Source: Candidatus Rokuibacteriota bacterium (GTDB lineage Bacteria; Methylomirabilota; Methylomirabilia; Rokubacteriales; DASRDR01). Taken from it: a DNA stretch of 19,575 nt. Shown in pieces: positions 15,294 through 19,575 of the stretch. The stretch lies in NCBI GenBank assembly GCA_044866005.1, contig JBIOTN010000011.1, forward strand, positions 1 to 19,575, read 5' to 3'. Position numbers and translations under genes: made by a program. The notes under the pieces are model-generated. The model was not told the DNA's origin and searched no databases. It saw nothing but the letters and a program-made list of their open reading frames with translations. The stretch's first letter is position 1; each line of letters begins with the position of its first letter.

Positions 15294-17393
15294 CTAGGGA
15301 TGGAAGGGGCAGAAGCGCGTCGGCTCGCTCCCCGCCACGAACGCCATGACCACGGGCCGCGGGCACGTCGGGTTGGCCAGGAAGCCCGTGGCCATGTCCA
15401 CGCGGGCCATGACGACGTTGTCCGGCAGGGGAAAGTCTTCGACGGGCCGATCCTTCAGGATCTCCCGCATGAGCGTGATCCAGATCGGCAGGGCCGCGCG
15501 GGCGCCCGTCTCGTCGTGGCCGAGGCTCCGGATGCGGTCGTACCCGATCCAGACGCCGGCGGCGAGTGACGGGGTATAGCCGACGAACCAGGCGTTCGAG
15601 AAGTCGTTGGTGGTCCCCGTCTTTCCCGCGATCGGCCGGCCGAGAGTCCGTGCCGTGACGGCCGTCCCCCGCTCCACGGCGCCGCGCAGCATCTGGGTGA
15701 GGACATAGGCCGCGGCCGGCTGCGCGGCCTCGCGCCCCTGGGGGATGTTCTCCTCCACCAGACGTCCCTGGCTGTCGGTGACGTACCGGACGGCGATCGG
15801 CTCCATCCGGACGCCCTGGTTGCCCAGCGCCGCGTAGGCCGCGGTCAGCTCGAGCAGCGTCACGTCGGAGCTCCCCAGGGCCAGCGTGAGGTTCGGCTGG
15901 AGCGGGCTGTCGATCCCGAGCCGCCGCGCCACCTCGATGACACGACCCACGCCGACCTGCTCGAGGAGCTTCACGGTGGGGACGTTGACGGACTCCTCGA
16001 GAGCCTGCTGGAGGGTGATGGGGCCGCGGAACTTGCCGTCGTAATTCTCGGGCGCCCACGCGCGGGCGGGCCCGCGCCCGTACGTGACCGGACTGTCGTC
16101 GACGAGGTCGGCGGGAGTCCGGCCGGCCTCCAGCGCCGCCAGGTACACGAACGGCTTGAACGCCGAGCCTGGCTGGCGGCGCGCGTGGATCGCGCGGTTG
16201 AACTCGCTGCGCCCGAAGTCCGAGCCGCCGACGAGCGCCTTGATGTAGCCGGTCGTCGATTCCATGACCAGCACGGCGCCCTCGGGGCGGGTCGCGCGGG
16301 TGGCGCTCGGCCCGGCGACCTTGGAGGTCTGCCGCGCGGCGATGGTCGTGAGTCCCTCGCGAAGGGCTTGCTCGGCGATGCGCTGGACGACCGGGTTGAG
16401 GGTCGTGTAGACCGAAAGCCCGCCCTTGTAGAGGAGATCGCTGCCGAACTTCGCCTCCAGGCTCTGCTCCAGGTACTCGAGGAAGTACTGGCCGCTCGTC
16501 CGGCGCCGCTCGGGTGCGACGGTCTCCAGGGACGCCATGGTGGCCCGCTTGGCGTCGGCGGACGGGACGTAACCCTGCTCCACCATGCGCTGCAGGACGA
16601 GCGCGCGGCGCCGCTGTGCGGCGGGCGGGTGCTCGAAGGGCGAATAGGTCGTCGGGGCGCGAGTCAGTCCCGCGAGGAGCGCGGCCTGCGGGAGCGTGAG
16701 CTCCTGGACGGACTTGCCGAAGAACGTCCGGGCCGCCGCCTCCACGCCGTAGGAGCCGTGGCCCAGGTAGATCTGGTTCAGGTAGATCTCGAGCAGCCGG
16801 TCCTTGGAGTACCGCTTCTCGAGCTCGAACGCGAGGAGGGCCTCCTTGACCTTCCGCGAGAAGCTGCGGTCGGGCGTCAGGAAGAGGACCTTGGCGAGCT
16901 GCTGGGTGATCGTGCTGCCGCCCTCCACCACGCGCCCGTGGCGGAAGTTCGCGTAGGCGGCGCGCACGATGCCACGCAGATCGACGCCGTGATGCGAATA
17001 AAACCGGGCATCCTCGATGGCGATGAAGGCGTCCCGGACCGTGTTCGGGATCTCGCGGAGCGGGACGAAGATCCGCCGCTCGGCCTGGAATTCGGTGAGC
17101 AGCTCGTCGTCGTCCGCGTAGACCTTGGTCCCCGGCGTCGGCGCGTACTCCTCGAGCGCCCGGACCGACGGCAGGTCGGTCGGCCAGAAGACGTACGCTC
17201 CGAGGGCGAGCCCGGCGGTGGCGATGACGACGAGTAGCACGGCGACCGCGAGAAGCCAGCGGACGAAGCGCCAGGACGGCAGGAGGCGCGGCAGGCGGAC
17301 TCGCCGACGGCCGCCCGCGGCCAGGCGCCGCCGCCAGGTGCCGGGCTTGCGCCGGCGCCAGAGCGCCGAAGCGCGTCGGGAGCGGGGTGACAC
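15294..17393 (-). CDS. mrcA: Class A penicillin-binding protein (PBP1A family, bifunctional transglycosylase/transpeptidase)
   Basis: Arg-rich cytoplasmic N-terminus plus one TM helix. GT51 motifs [40 protein letters not shown] motifs PGSAFK (SxxK), SVN, KTGTT. Confidence 0.95.
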   Translation of the reverse strand: MSPRSRRASALWRRRKPGTWRRRLAAGGRRRVRLPRLLPSWRFVRWLLAVAVLLVVIATAGLALGAYVFWPTDLPSVRALEEYAPTPGTKVYADDDELLTEFQAERRIFVPLREIPNTVRDAFIAIEDARFYSHHGVDLRGIVRAAYANFRHGRVVEGGSTITQQLAKVLFLTPDRSFSRKVKEALLAFELEKRYSKDRLLEIYLNQIYLGHGSYGVEAAARTFFGKSVQELTLPQAALLAGLTRAPTTYSPFEHPPAAQRRRALVLQRMVEQGYVPSADAKRATMASLETVAPERRRTSGQYFLEYLEQSLEAKFGSDLLYKGGLSVYTTLNPVVQRIAEQALREGLTTIAARQTSKVAGPSATRATRPEGAVLVMESTTGYIKALVGGSDFGRSEFNRAIHARRQPGSAFKPFVYLAALEAGRTPADLVDDSPVTYGRGPARAWAPENYDGKFRGPITLQQALEESVNVPTVKLLEQVGVGRVIEVARRLGIDSPLQPNLTLALGSSDVTLLELTAAYAALGNQGVRMEPIAVRYVTDSQGRLVEENIPQGREAAQPAAAYVLTQMLRGAVERGTAVTARTLGRPIAGKTGTTNDFSNAWFVGYTPSLAAGVWIGYDRIRSLGHDETGARAALPIWITLMREILKDRPVEDFPLPDNVVMARVDMATGFLANPTCPRPVVMAFVAGSEPTRFCPFHP

Positions 17394-17428
17394 GCGATGT
17401 GATCTCCGGGTGGCTCGTCGCCGGCCCC

Positions 17429-17434
17429 ATTATA
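17429..17434 (-). promoter_or_regulatory. -10 element for PBP1A
   Basis: Perfect TATAAT on the minus strand about 35 nt upstream of the GTG, with GGAG in the leader; -35 poor. Confidence 0.55.
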
Positions 17435-17469
17435 CTGTGAAGCGACGCGCGGTCCCGAATCACCGCGCC

Positions 17470-17499
17470 TTGCAGCGGCGCGGCGCGTCGTGGTACAAG
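17470..17499 (+). promoter_or_regulatory. Putative tyrS promoter
   Basis: TTGCAG (17470-17475) - 18 nt - TACAAG (17494-17499) with TGn extension. Confidence 0.45.
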
Positions 17500-17505
17500 T
17501 CCGCC

Positions 17506-18789
17506 ATGCCAGCGTCCCACGGACGTCCGGCCACCGAACAGTTCGCGCTGATTCGCCGCGGGACGGCGGCGATCGTCACCGAGGAGGAGCTCGGGGCGAA
17601 GCTGGAGCGCTCCGTCCGCACCGGGACGCCGCTGGTCGTCAAGGTCGGTTTCGATCCGACCGCGCCCGACCTCCACCTCGGCCACACCGTGATCATCCAG
17701 AAGATGCGGCAGCTCCAGGAGCTGGGCCACACGATCGTCTTCGTGATCGGCGACTTCACCGGGATGATCGGGGACCCTACCGGGAAGTCCGAGACGCGGA
17801 AGCCGCTCACACGCGAGGAGATCGAGGCCAACGCCCAGACCTACCGGGCGCAGGTCTTCAAGATCCTCGACGCGGAGCGGACCCGGATCGCCTTCAACTC
17901 GGAGTGGCTGGCTCGCCTGCGCGCGGAGGACGTGATCCGCATGGCGGCGCAGGTCACGGTGGCGCGGCTGCTCGCCCGCGAGGACTTCGCGCAACGGTAC
18001 GAGGAGGCGCGGCCGATCCACCTGCACGAATTCCTCTACCCCCTCTTCCAGGCCCAGGACTCTGTCGCGCTCCAGGCCGACGTGGAGATGGGCGGCACCG
18101 ACCAGACCTTCAATCTGCTCGTCGGCCGCGACCTCCAGCGCGCCGTCGGGCAGGAGCCCCAGATCGCCATCACGATGCCGATCCTCGTCGGGACCGACGG
18201 CGTCCAGAAGATGTCGAAGAGCCTCGGCAACTACGTCGGCATCACCGAACCGCCGGCCCAGATGTACGGCAAGCTCATGTCCATCTCCGACGAGGTCATG
18301 CTCGGCTACTACCCGCTCGTGAGCGGCCTGTCGCCCCAGGAGGTGGAGCGGGTCGAGCAGGACGTCCGGGCCGGCCGGCTGCATCCCATGGAGGCCAAGA
18401 AGCGGCTCGCCCGCGCCGTCGTGGCCCAGTTCCACGGGGAGAGCGCGGCGAGGAGTGCCGAGGAGGGCTTCGCCCGCCAGTTCCAGGCGCGCGAGGTGCC
18501 GGCCGAGGTGGCCGAGGTGCCGGTCCCGGCGCCGCCGCGCGGCGTGGAGCTGCGCCTCTTCCAGCTCGTGTTGACGACGGGGCTGGCGAGCTCGGCCAGC
18601 GAGGCCAAGCGGCTCATTCAGCAGGGCGGCATCAAGATCGACGACCAGCGCGTCGAGGACCCTTACCACTCGCTGACGATCCGGCCGGGCGACCGGGTCC
18701 TCGTCCAGAAAGGTCGGCGCGAGTTCCGCCGGGTGAAGGCGGTGGCCGACGACTCCGCCGGACGGAGTGGAACCTCGCGCGGCGCTTGA
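17506..18789 (+). CDS. tyrS: Tyrosine--tRNA ligase (type 2, with C-terminal S4 domain)
   Basis: [16 protein letters not shown] (HIGH), [45 protein letters not shown]4 motif [17 protein letters not shown]. Confidence 0.97.
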   Translation: MPASHGRPATEQFALIRRGTAAIVTEEELGAKLERSVRTGTPLVVKVGFDPTAPDLHLGHTVIIQKMRQLQELGHTIVFVIGDFTGMIGDPTGKSETRKPLTREEIEANAQTYRAQVFKILDAERTRIAFNSEWLARLRAEDVIRMAAQVTVARLLAREDFAQRYEEARPIHLHEFLYPLFQAQDSVALQADVEMGGTDQTFNLLVGRDLQRAVGQEPQIAITMPILVGTDGVQKMSKSLGNYVGITEPPAQMYGKLMSISDEVMLGYYPLVSGLSPQEVERVEQDVRAGRLHPMEAKKRLARAVVAQFHGESAARSAEEGFARQFQAREVPAEVAEVPVPAPPRGVELRLFQLVLTTGLASSASEAKRLIQQGGIKIDDQRVEDPYHSLTIRPGDRVLVQKGRREFRRVKAVADDSAGRSGTSRGA

Positions 18790-18814
18790 CGCGCCCGCGG
18801 CCTGGGGCTAGGAT
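18786..18814 (+). promoter_or_regulatory. rrn promoter P1
   Basis: TTGACG (18786-18791) - 17 nt - TAGGAT (18809-18814); the -35 contains the tyrS stop codon. Confidence 0.7.
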
Positions 18815-18904
18815 CGACCCGGGCTCGGCCTCCTTGGGGGTCGGGTGTTCGGCCTCGGACGGGTGGTCCCGGTCGAACGGGGTCCGGTCGAGCCAAAAAG
18901 GAGC

Positions 18905-18933
18905 TTGACAGCCCCACAGGTGGCTGGTACCGT
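18905..18933 (+). promoter_or_regulatory. rrn promoter P2
   Basis: TTGACA (18905-18910) - 17 nt - TACCGT (18928-18933), TGn extension, short A-tract upstream. Confidence 0.75.
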
Positions 18934-18990
18934 TAGGTGTTGCTCGGGGCACCTGGTGTCCTGAGCGTTGGGTTCGAAGAAACCCGCCCG

Positions 18991-19044
18991 GCTGATTCAC
19001 ATCAGCGGTCACGTTCTCGTAAGAAGTTCTTCGGCTCTTTGAAA
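18991..19044 (+). promoter_or_regulatory. rrn leader antitermination elements (boxB-like hairpin and boxA)
   Basis: Hairpin GCTGAT-tcac-ATCAGC (18991-19006) followed by GGCTCTTTGAAA (19033-19044), similar to the boxA consensus. Confidence 0.65.
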
Positions 19045-19136
19045 GCTGAATATGCTACTGGCTCACCGGTAAGGTGTGCATGCCCTTTCCCTGTCAAAGC
19101 CGAACGGCCACGACGTGGGAATCTGTTTCGAAGATC

Positions 19137-19575
<439 letters not shown>

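Noticed and set aside
17394..17505. T-box riboswitch upstream of tyrS (or hisS/aspS)
   Set aside because: The spacer is too short and lacks the T-box consensus and terminator.
15145..18669. 1174-aa minus-strand ORF and other long alternative-frame ORFs (e.g. 1710-3377, 8418-10361, 11850-13679)
   Set aside because: Arg/Gly/Pro-rich shadow ORFs expected in very high-GC DNA; they overlap well-supported genes and show no family motifs.

Overview
Very GC-rich chromosomal window from a diderm bacterium. The 16S fragment and gene style suggest Methylomirabilota/Rokubacteria, but that is an unverified inference. From left to right it holds: two tandem paralogous cysteine-containing outer-membrane beta-barrel (porin-like) genes; a secreted hypothetical protein; a long-chain polyprenyl-PP synthase; a DUF62 SAM hydrolase overlapping a convergent FmdB-family zinc-ribbon gene; a housekeeping run (gamma-carbonic-anhydrase family, hisS, aspS, phoH, ybeY, era, recO); PBP1A on the minus strand; tyrS; and the tandem promoters, leader and 5' end of an rRNA operon. 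The standout is a two-gene cassette appended to recO. It encodes an archaeal-type pantoate kinase (PoK) and an archaeal-type phosphopantothenate synthetase (PPS), i.e. the archaeal route to 4'-phosphopantothenate in CoA biosynthesis, embedded in a clearly bacterial operon a few kb from a bacterial 16S gene. Secondary observations: a terminator/attenuator-like hairpin between the FmdB promoter and start codon, a 185-nt convergent gene overlap, an atypical HisRS with less GC-biased codons, conserved Cys-stapled loops in the porins, and a possibly leaderless tyrS. No mobile elements, CRISPR arrays or tRNAs were seen.
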